This document shows positions 51,481 to 59,288 of a stretch of DNA of 64,000 nt, one piece after another. How positions within the stretch are numbered: the first letter of the stretch is position 1; each line of letters begins with the position of its first letter. The translations under genes and the position numbers were made by a program. The notes beneath the pieces are model-generated. The model searched no databases. It was not told where the DNA came from and saw nothing but the letters and a program-made list of their open reading frames with translations. The stretch comes from an uncultured Christensenella sp. (GTDB lineage Bacteria; Bacillota; Clostridia; Christensenellales; Pumilibacteraceae), in contig CATLHE010000005.1 of NCBI GenBank assembly GCA_949948895.1, positions 2,306 through 66,305 of the forward strand, in the 5' to 3' direction.

Positions 51481-51643
51481 TTGTTACTCCTGATTATACT
51501 TTTTTCAATTATATCATGGCATAGTCTAAAAGTCAATATTTTTTTGCTTTTAAAGCGGCGCGCGTCGTGCACAAAATAGCTTTACAATCACGCGGAATTC
51601 GAGTATAATATAAGTAGTATCGAATAATGATAGCGGAGGAGAC

Positions 51644-52015
51644 ATGCGCGATCACGAATCGGAAGAGATGTATTTGGAGACCATACTTGTGCTCAAATCG
51701 GAAAAGCCCGCGGTGCGCTCCATAGACGTTGCGGAGCGGCTCGGGTACGCCAAGTCGAGCGTGTCGCGCGCCGTCAGCCTTTTGCAGGACAAAAACTATA
51801 TCACGGTAGGCAGCGACGGGTTCATAGATTTTACCGAGTCGGGCGCGAAAAAAGCCAAGGGCGTTTACGAACGGCATAAGATCTTGACCGAAATGCTCGT
51901 CGAACTCGGCGCAGGCGAAGCGCTTGCCGAAGAAAATGCGTGCCGTATAGAGCACGTCATAGACGATGAGCTTTTCGAGATAATAAGAAAACACGTGACC
52001 GCCGAAAAGCATTAG
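51644..52015 (+). CDS. DtxR/MntR-family metal-dependent regulator
   Basis: ESEEMYLETI, VRSIDVA, SSVSRAV, YERH..LT, ACRIEHVI. Confidence 0.92.
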   Translation: MRDHESEEMYLETILVLKSEKPAVRSIDVAERLGYAKSSVSRAVSLLQDKNYITVGSDGFIDFTESGAKKAKGVYERHKILTEMLVELGAGEALAEENACRIEHVIDDELFEIIRKHVTAEKH

Positions 52016-52101
52016 CGTTACATTTTAAACAGCGAAAAAGCGAGGCTGATATCAACCTCGCTTTTTCGTGTTAAGCTCTCACGCCGACGGTTCCGACACG
52101 A

Positions 52102-52416
52102 TCATTCGTCGCAACCGCAGTCGTTCCTGCCATGCCCGTGCCCGCCGCAGCCGCAGTCGTGACCGTAGCCGTTGCCGTTGTTTTGACGACCGCAACCGCG
52201 AAGAGCGCAGAACGCGCCGTAAGCGCAAAGCATGTTGCGGCAGTTGCACGTACTGTTACGGTTGCAACGGCAACAGCACTTTTCGCACTCGCAGCATCCG
52301 CAGTTGTTCTTGCGCCCGCATTCGCATTCGCTGTGCCCGCACTCGCGCTCTACGGGTTTGCAACGCACACATTCGCGGCATTTGGTACAACGGCAACAAT
52401 CGTTATTAAAGAACAT
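52102..52416 (-). CDS. Small cysteine-rich protein (spore coat/exosporium-like or metal-binding)
   Basis: SD GGAGGTG before ATG 52416; 26 Cys in 104 aa. Confidence 0.65.
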   Translation of the reverse strand: MFFNNDCCRCTKCRECVRCKPVERECGHSECECGRKNNCGCCECEKCCCRCNRNSTCNCRNMLCAYGAFCALRGCGRQNNGNGYGHDCGCGGHGHGRNDCGCDE

Positions 52417-52601
52417 AAAACACCTCCGTTTGTTTATGTAATGCGGCATGCTTTATTTGAGGCGTTTATACTACAGTGTATGACGTCAATCTCACAATGG
52501 TGCGGCATAATAATGCCAAAGCGATTTACAATGTTTTGTATGTATGGTATAATATAGCCATAAGTACGCTTTGCCGTGCGACATGAATGATAGGAGGACT
52601 T

Positions 52602-53732
52602 ATGATCTACAGAAAGTTTAAGGATATCGAGCTTTCCGCGCTCGGGTTCGGATGTATGCGATTGCCCGTAGTAAACGACGTGTACAAGGATATAGACGTC
52701 GAGCTTACGCGCAAAATGGTGGCGTATGCCATGGCGAGCGGCGTCAATTATTACGACACGGCGTGGGGGTATCACGACGGTATGTCGGAGACTGTCATGG
52801 GCAAGATCCTTGCCGAATACCCGCGCGATAAGTTTTATCTTGCGGATAAGTTCCCAGGCTACGACAGCGCGAATTGGGATAAAGTAGAGGAGATATTCGA
52901 GAAGCAGCTTAAAAAGTGCGGCGTGGAATATTTTGATTTTTATTTGTTCCACAACGTTTGCGAAATGAATATCGACGCGTATCTCGACGATAAAAAGTAC
53001 GGGATATATACATATCTCAAAAAGCAAAAACAAAACGGTCGTATCAAGCATTTGGGATTTTCCGTTCACGGCGACATGAAGTGCATGACGCGCTTTCTCG
53101 ACGCGTACGGAAAAGATATGGAGTTCGGGCAGATACAGCTTAACTATCTCGATTGGGAGTTCCAAAACGCCAAAGCCAAGGTCGAGCTTTTGAAAGAGCG
53201 CAATATCCCTATATGGGTCATGGAGCCGCTTAGAGGCGGTCGGCTCGCAAACCTCGACGCGCCCGACGCGGCGGAGCTTAAAAAGATGAGACCCGACGAG
53301 AACGTTCCCGCTTGGGCGTTTAGGTTTTTACAGACGATACCCGAAGTGACGGTCATTCTTTCGGGCATGTCGGATATGGAGCAAGTGACCGACAACGTGA
53401 AAACTTTTAAGACCGACAAGCCGCTCAGCCGCGCCGAGCTCGACGCGATAGCGGGCATTGCCGACAGGATGACGGGGAGTAAACTTCCTTGCACGGCGTG
53501 CAGGTATTGCACGAGCCATTGCCCCAAAGGTCTCGACATTCCCGAAATGATCAAGCTGTATAACGAGCATCGGTTTACGGGCGGCGGGTTTATCGCGCCG
53601 ATGGTGGTCGGCACTTATGCCGAGGACAAAAAGCCGAGCGCATGTATCGGCTGTCGGTCGTGCGAGAAAGTCTGTCCGCAAAATATCAAGATTTCCGAGA
53701 TGATGTCCGATTTCACGGCGCGCCTCAAATAA
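52602..53732 (+). CDS. Aldo/keto reductase with C-terminal 4Fe-4S dicluster
   Basis: LGFGCMRLP, YYDTAWGY, LADKFP, HLGFS, MEPLRGG; CTACRYCTSHCP and CIGCRSCEKVCP. Confidence 0.92.
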   Translation: MIYRKFKDIELSALGFGCMRLPVVNDVYKDIDVELTRKMVAYAMASGVNYYDTAWGYHDGMSETVMGKILAEYPRDKFYLADKFPGYDSANWDKVEEIFEKQLKKCGVEYFDFYLFHNVCEMNIDAYLDDKKYGIYTYLKKQKQNGRIKHLGFSVHGDMKCMTRFLDAYGKDMEFGQIQLNYLDWEFQNAKAKVELLKERNIPIWVMEPLRGGRLANLDAPDAAELKKMRPDENVPAWAFRFLQTIPEVTVILSGMSDMEQVTDNVKTFKTDKPLSRAELDAIAGIADRMTGSKLPCTACRYCTSHCPKGLDIPEMIKLYNEHRFTGGGFIAPMVVGTYAEDKKPSACIGCRSCEKVCPQNIKISEMMSDFTARLK

Positions 53733-53753
53733 TAGACAAGGAGATATTATAAT

Positions 53754-54347
53754 ATGTTAGATGCTGTTCTTTCACGTAAAAATGCGAGCGTCAAGACCAA
53801 GCTCACGGTAAAGTCGCTCGTATCGTTCGCGCTTATCGTGCTTGCGGTAGCGCTGCCTCAGCTCGTTCACCTCGCGGCGGGAAGCGCGGGCGGCGTCAAG
53901 TGGCTGCCTATGTATTTGCCCGTTCTTATCGGCGGTTGCCTGCTCGGTTTTAGGTGGGGGCTCGCCGTCGGCGTGCTTTCGCCCGTAGTCAGTTACCTCG
54001 TCACTTTGGGCACGGGCACGCCCATGCCCGCGGCGATACGGCTTCCGTACATGATAGTCGAGCTCGCGGTGTTTGCCGCGGTGTCGGGCGCTTTCGGCAG
54101 GCGCATTGCAAAAAATTCGTGGATGGCGTTTCCCGCCGTGCTTATCGCCGCGGTTTCGGGGCGCGTCGCGTTCTTGACCGTCGCGGCGGTGTTCACCGCG
54201 GTGTCGCCGCTTTCCGTGCAAACGGTGTGGGCGCAGATACAGACGGGACTTTTGGGGCTTGTTCTTCAAGCCGTGCTCGTGCCGTTTATCGTAATGGCAT
54301 TGTCGAAAGTCCTTAACAGGAACAACAATGAGAGCGACAGAGCTTAA
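53754..54347 (+). CDS. ECF transporter S component
   Basis: Six-TM pattern; LPQLVH, LPMYLPV, SPVVS, MP..PYM..EL. Confidence 0.8.
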   Translation: MLDAVLSRKNASVKTKLTVKSLVSFALIVLAVALPQLVHLAAGSAGGVKWLPMYLPVLIGGCLLGFRWGLAVGVLSPVVSYLVTLGTGTPMPAAIRLPYMIVELAVFAAVSGAFGRRIAKNSWMAFPAVLIAAVSGRVAFLTVAAVFTAVSPLSVQTVWAQIQTGLLGLVLQAVLVPFIVMALSKVLNRNNNESDRA

Positions 54348-54750
54348 GTCCGTTTTGGAGCGCGGGGCGACTCTCGTGCTTTCGGACGGCGTTGATACCG
54401 TTACGAGCGATAAGCGCGGCGTAAAGCCGCTCATAGAGCTCTTGGAGAGCGGGCGCGATTATAGCGGTTTTGTCGCGGCGGATAAGGTCGTGGGCAGGGC
54501 GGCGGCGTTTTTATACGTGCTTTTGGGCGTTAAGGAACTGTATGCCGGTGTGATAAGTAAAGGCGCGCTCGTAGTTTGCGAGCGGTTCGGTATTACCGTG
54601 AGCTATGAAACAACGACCGATAAAATTATCAATCGCGCTGGCGACGGCGTTTGCCCGATGGAGCAAGTTACGGAGGGTATAGCCGACCCTGAAAATGCGT
54701 ATGCGGCTGTCAAGCAAAAGCTCGCAAGCCTTGGTAAAGGCAATAAGTAG
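54328..54750 (+). CDS. DUF1893 family protein
   Basis: RGVKPL, ADKVVGRAAA, VISKGA, IINR.GDG.CPME. Confidence 0.88.
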   Translation: MRATELKSVLERGATLVLSDGVDTVTSDKRGVKPLIELLESGRDYSGFVAADKVVGRAAAFLYVLLGVKELYAGVISKGALVVCERFGITVSYETTTDKIINRAGDGVCPMEQVTEGIADPENAYAAVKQKLASLGKGNK

Positions 54751-54796
54751 TATATAATGCAAAATGGCGTCGCGATAAGCAGCGCTTTTTGTCGTA

Positions 54797-54825
54797 TTGA
54801 CAAATCGAAATGCTTATGGTAGACT
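54797..54825 (+). promoter_or_regulatory. Promoter of the TIR-FtsZ-FtsK gene
   Basis: TTGACA-17-TAGACT with TG extension. Confidence 0.7.
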
Positions 54826-54845
54826 GAATATCGGAACGGTGGAAT

Positions 54846-57713
54846 ATGAAAGATTACGTATTTATAAGTTACAGCTCCAAAAATAACGTCAAAGCCAAAA
54901 ACTTCAGAAGAGTATTGGAAGAAAACGGTATAGCGTGCTGGCGCGCGCCCGAGTCGATAGAGGCGGGCGCTAATTACGCCAAGTCCATCCCGTCCGCGAT
55001 AAAGAATTGCGGCGTGATGGTCGTTTTGATATCACGTGAATCTCAAGCGTCGGAATGGGTGCCCAAAGAGATCGACCTTGCCATAAATCAGCAAAAACCG
55101 ATATTGCCCATTTACATAGAAAACTGCGATCTTATAGAGCCGTTCGATCTGTATTTGTCCAACGTTCAAGCCGTTAAACTGTTTACGCAACGGCGCGAAG
55201 CTATCAGGCAGATAGTAGAGCGTATTCGCGCGGTCATGCCGCAGTGTGCTGAAAAAGAGCGCGCCGCAGCCGATTCGGAAGCGCTTTTACCGAGCGAGGA
55301 AAAGCCTATCGTATGTCCTTTTAAAATCGCCGTAGTAGGAGTAGGCGGTTGCGGCGTCAGTATTGTAAGCCAACTATCCAAGCACAAAACGGGTGTGCAT
55401 AAATACATAGCGCTCGACTGCGATAAAAATACCATATCGCGCGCATCTGCCGATATTAAGCTTATTATCGATAGCGAGCATAAGGACGACATTTCGCGTT
55501 CTCCCGAAAATGCGGAGAGAGCGATCGCGGGCAACGCCATGAAGATCAATGACGCTATTTCGGATAGCGATTGGGTGTTTGTCGTTGCGGGTTTGGGCGG
55601 AGGTATGGGCTCGGGCGGCGCGCCTAAGGTTGCCGAGCTTGCGCGAGGAATGGGTAAGCTTTCCGTTATGTTTGTTACCATGCCGTTTGATTTCGAGGGC
55701 GAAGATCGTCGCAAAAACGCACAGTTCGGAGCGACGCATATATATGAAGCGGCTCATTCTGTTGTGAAAATTCGTCAAGACAATATTCCAAAGCGCGTCG
55801 CCGATTCGGTGCCGTTTAAGACGGCGATGTCGTATATGGACGGGGTTGTGCAAAAGTCGATATTGGCGTTGCTCGATACGGTTTGCTCTAACGGGCTAAT
55901 AAATATAGATAGTTCGGATTTTGCCGTTTTGCTTAAAGACGGCGGAGACGTTATGATAGGAGTCGGCGAGGTGCGAGGCATCAACCGCGACATAGAAGCG
56001 GCTAACCTCGCCGTGTCATACGGGCTTTTGGGCGCAGAGATAAACGACGCAAAAAACGCGATCATAAATGTTTCGAGTTCGGACATAAGCTTAGACGAAG
56101 CGCAACATATTATAGAGCTAGTAAGGGGCAGTTGTAAAAATGACTCCAATATAGCGCTTGGAGTCGGCATTTTGCCCGAACTCGGGGATAGTCTTCGCGT
56201 AACGGTCATAGCGGGCATGGGTAAAGAAAAGCAGGCAAAGCGCAAGCGTTATGAAAATTACATGGCGCCGCCTACCGATATTTTGAAAAACTATCAATGC
56301 GTAGCCCCCGACGAGGACGATCTCAAACGCACTGCGGACACGCTTGAAAATACAGTCGGGCAGATATTAAATACAAAAGTGAAGGTCGTTAATATCATCC
56401 CGTCGGTTTCCGTCACGCGCTATGAATTGGAGTGCCCGTCCGGTACGCCCATAAAGAAGTTAGAGGCGCACGGCGCGGATATACAATACGATCTTGCGGC
56501 GGTAGGTCCTGTTAGAATAGAAGCGCCCATCGCCGGTAAGCGCGCCATAGGTATAGAGGTGCCAAACGCCCAAAAGTCGATAGTCGGCTTGCGCGAAATT
56601 GTTGAGTCCGACAAATATCAAAAAGCGAAGTCGCCCATGACGTTTGCCGTGGGCAAGGACATAAACGGCGACGCGGTGGTCTGCAATCTCGAAAAGGTCC
56701 CGCACTTTCTCGTTGCGGGACAAACGGGGAGCGGAAAGAGCGCGTTTATCAACAGTCTTATCGTAAGCTTGCTATATAAGGCGTCGCCCGAATATATGCG
56801 CTTTATTTTGATAGACCCCAAACGCGTCGCGTTTTCGGCGTATGCGGGAATGCCGCACCTGTTGTTTAACGGTATCATAAATGAGCCCGATGAAGCGCTT
56901 TCGGCGCTCGATTGGGCGGTAAACGAGATGGATCGGCGGTATGCGCTTTTGTCCAAGCATAAGTGCAATCATATATCCATGTTTAACGAAAGCGAGAGCG
57001 TGGTATCGGGCAAGGTCGACCGCTTGCCGCATATAGTCATTATTATCGACGAGCTTGCCGATCTCATGGGGTCGGAGGTTAAGCGCGATATCGAAGACAA
57101 GATAAAAAGATTAACGGCAATAGCGCGCGCGTCCGGCATTCACATTATAGTCGCTACACAGCGCCCGTCGGCGGACGTTCTTACGGGAACTATCAAGAGC
57201 AATATCACCAGCCGCGTTGCGTTTAGGGTCGTAACCGGCACGGATTCGCGTATTATCTTGGATGCGACGGGGGCGGAATCGCTCGTCGGCAACGGCGACA
57301 TGCTGTACTTTCCTGCCGAGTACATTTCGCCCAAGCGCGTGCAGGGCGCGTTTATAAGCGACGAAGAAGTAGCGTCCGTTTTGACTTATGTAAAAGATCA
57401 TGGGGCGTGCGACTTTGACGAGTCCGCGGCGAAGGCGGTGTTCGGCAGCATGCGCTCGATAAATCGCGAGATATCGGAAGTTGCGCAAAGCGATCCGCTT
57501 TTTTCCGACATTCTCGCTCAAGTGATCCGCGCAAATCAAGCGTCGGTATCTTACATCCAGCGCAAGTTTGCCATTGGTTATGCACGCGCGGCGCGGCTTA
57601 TTGACGTTATGGAACAGTTCGGTTTTATAAGTCCTGTAACGGACTGTAAGCCTCGAGACGTACTTATTACCAAAGAACAGTACCGTGCGATGTTCGGTCG
57701 CAACGTCGATTGA
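54846..57713 (+). CDS. TIR - FtsZ/tubulin-like - FtsK(alpha/beta/gamma) three-domain fusion
   Basis: aa 1-130 VFISYSS, SEWVPKEI (TIR); aa 160-460 IAVVGVGG, AGLGGGMGSG, PFDFEG, GLINIDSSD (FtsZ); aa 470-955 VTRYEL, RIEAPI.GK.AIGIEVPN, AGQTGSGKS, IIIDELADLM, ATQRPS, IQRKFAIGYARAARLID (FtsK). Confidence 0.9.
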   Translation: MKDYVFISYSSKNNVKAKNFRRVLEENGIACWRAPESIEAGANYAKSIPSAIKNCGVMVVLISRESQASEWVPKEIDLAINQQKPILPIYIENCDLIEPFDLYLSNVQAVKLFTQRREAIRQIVERIRAVMPQCAEKERAAADSEALLPSEEKPIVCPFKIAVVGVGGCGVSIVSQLSKHKTGVHKYIALDCDKNTISRASADIKLIIDSEHKDDISRSPENAERAIAGNAMKINDAISDSDWVFVVAGLGGGMGSGGAPKVAELARGMGKLSVMFVTMPFDFEGEDRRKNAQFGATHIYEAAHSVVKIRQDNIPKRVADSVPFKTAMSYMDGVVQKSILALLDTVCSNGLINIDSSDFAVLLKDGGDVMIGVGEVRGINRDIEAANLAVSYGLLGAEINDAKNAIINVSSSDISLDEAQHIIELVRGSCKNDSNIALGVGILPELGDSLRVTVIAGMGKEKQAKRKRYENYMAPPTDILKNYQCVAPDEDDLKRTADTLENTVGQILNTKVKVVNIIPSVSVTRYELECPSGTPIKKLEAHGADIQYDLAAVGPVRIEAPIAGKRAIGIEVPNAQKSIVGLREIVESDKYQKAKSPMTFAVGKDINGDAVVCNLEKVPHFLVAGQTGSGKSAFINSLIVSLLYKASPEYMRFILIDPKRVAFSAYAGMPHLLFNGIINEPDEALSALDWAVNEMDRRYALLSKHKCNHISMFNESESVVSGKVDRLPHIVIIIDELADLMGSEVKRDIEDKIKRLTAIARASGIHIIVATQRPSADVLTGTIKSNITSRVAFRVVTGTDSRIILDATGAESLVGNGDMLYFPAEYISPKRVQGAFISDEEVASVLTYVKDHGACDFDESAAKAVFGSMRSINREISEVAQSDPLFSDILAQVIRANQASVSYIQRKFAIGYARAARLIDVMEQFGFISPVTDCKPRDVLITKEQYRAMFGRNVD

Positions 57714-57725
57714 GTTATAACAAAT

Positions 57726-57763
57726 AAAAATAGCGCACGCGACTATCATGCGTGCGCCTTTTT
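57726..57763. terminator. Bidirectional intrinsic terminator
   Basis: AAAAA-ta-GCGCACGC-9nt-GCGTGCGC-cTTTTT between convergent genes. Confidence 0.8.
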
Positions 57764-57776
57764 ATATGCGTGATAA

Positions 57777-58316
57777 TTAAAACATTTTGGGGTCGATCTT
57801 TTTCATGTAACGCTCGCCCAAATAATTGGACATCATGTCGCGGTATTCGGGCGGCTGTATTTCGCCGCCCACGCCCATGGCCGCGAAGACGACCGTCGCT
57901 TCTTTTATTTTAAGCGGCAAGTCGGTAAAACCGCACCGCTTGTAAAACTCGTGCCGTCTGACGCGATAGTCGTAGTTTTGCGCGCTCTCGTCGAGCGTTT
58001 CCAATGCCAAAAAGAACCGTCCGTCGGCGTAGCGGTCTTTGAGCGTTTCAAGCGCATGAGAGCCATAGCCCTTTCCGCGCAGGGCTTTGTCTATCGCGAA
58101 AAAATAGAGGTAGGCGAGCCCTTGCGCTTTTATAGCGTATGCCATGCCTATGAGCTTGCCGTCGTCGTGCAAAGCCCAAAAGTCCGCTTTGTCGGGTGCG
58201 GCTTTATTTACGAGTAGACGAAACGGTACGCGCTCGGCTTTCGGGAACGCGTGCTTATAAAGCTTTTTGATAGCGGGAAGGTCTTTCGATCTCTTTGTAA
58301 CGGATATAAGTTCCAT
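57777..58316 (-). CDS. GNAT family N-acetyltransferase
   Basis: LYKHAFP..ER.PF, YLYFFAID..LRGKGYGS, RHEFYKRCGF. Confidence 0.92.
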   Translation of the reverse strand: MELISVTKRSKDLPAIKKLYKHAFPKAERVPFRLLVNKAAPDKADFWALHDDGKLIGMAYAIKAQGLAYLYFFAIDKALRGKGYGSHALETLKDRYADGRFFLALETLDESAQNYDYRVRRHEFYKRCGFTDLPLKIKEATVVFAAMGVGGEIQPPEYRDMMSNYLGERYMKKIDPKMF

Positions 58317-59271
58317 GATTTGTCCTTATTATATCTTGGTTGTTTTTATTCTGTTCTTCTTTTCCGACGTATATGTAGTAGGCAAATCCTAACGCGCCCG
58401 AGTAGTAGTTGACAACAACTGAATCGCCTTTGGACAGTTCGTAATAGTCGCTTGACGGGACGTCTATCCACTGCTCTTTGCCGTCTATCTTGACTTTTAA
58501 TTCGTAAGTGGTCGGCGTGCTCGTGCCCGTCGAAACGTTTTTATCGAGCACTTCGCACACAATGGGAGCGGGCTCGCTTTTGTCGAATATCACGTCGGCT
58601 ATGCCTATCGTCGGAAATGACACGCCATATGAAAAAATCAATATAACAAAGGTATAGAGAAAACCGTATCCTATCTTTTTGCGTTTTGTGGGGCATATGG
58701 CGTTTATCACGTTTCGCATAATGACCAAAATCACAATTATCAAGATAGCGGTCAGTATCGCCGCGGGTATAAACGCCCACGCCATGTATATCTCGTTTAC
58801 GTAGTTTATCGGCATGATCGATATCATGGCAAAAAGATCCAAGCTAATAGCGCAAATAGACGACTTTACGTCCACGTCCGTTTTCATGCACTCGGTGGCG
58901 CGGACTTTGAGTATAGCGCGGAACGAGACGAGTATCAGCATGACCGCCGAATACAGCGCCGATATTAAAGAAAATATCCCTCCGATAAAGTAGAACAACA
59001 AAAATAATAAAAGACAGCCCAAATACAAGAATGATGCCAATACGATATTTTGGGGCTTGCGGTTTTCCGCATTTGCCGTCAGTGTCTGCACGTACGCAGT
59101 TATGTACAGGAGCGAAAGGAAGAGCACGTACAGTACGTCTGCCCATATATATTCGGTTATTTCGTAAGCGAAAAACGAGTTGCTCAAAAGTCCAAGCACA
59201 GCCGCGCCTAAAAAGCCTATGCCGTACAGGATATAAAATATAAGGTTGTGTTTGAATTTGATTTTTTTCAT
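58255..59271 (-). CDS. Polytopic membrane protein with C-terminal beta domain
   Basis: About 8 hydrophobic helices, then VLDK..STG..YELKV..V...Y..L.KGD.V. Confidence 0.65.
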   Translation of the reverse strand: MKKIKFKHNLIFYILYGIGFLGAAVLGLLSNSFFAYEITEYIWADVLYVLFLSLLYITAYVQTLTANAENRKPQNIVLASFLYLGCLLLFLLFYFIGGIFSLISALYSAVMLILVSFRAILKVRATECMKTDVDVKSSICAISLDLFAMISIMPINYVNEIYMAWAFIPAAILTAILIIVILVIMRNVINAICPTKRKKIGYGFLYTFVILIFSYGVSFPTIGIADVIFDKSEPAPIVCEVLDKNVSTGTSTPTTYELKVKIDGKEQWIDVPSSDYYELSKGDSVVVNYYSGALGFAYYIYVGKEEQNKNNQDIIRTNHGTYIRYKEIERPSRYQKAL

Positions 59272-59288
59272 GAGTCGCTCCGTTCGAT

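Noticed and set aside
54846-57713. Classical Thoeris or CBASS system; ordinary ftsZ or ftsK gene
   Set aside because: No ThsA-like or cyclase gene is adjacent; the TIR, FtsZ and FtsK parts are one continuous frame lacking the FtsK TM anchor and FtsZ C-terminal peptide; no dcw cluster context
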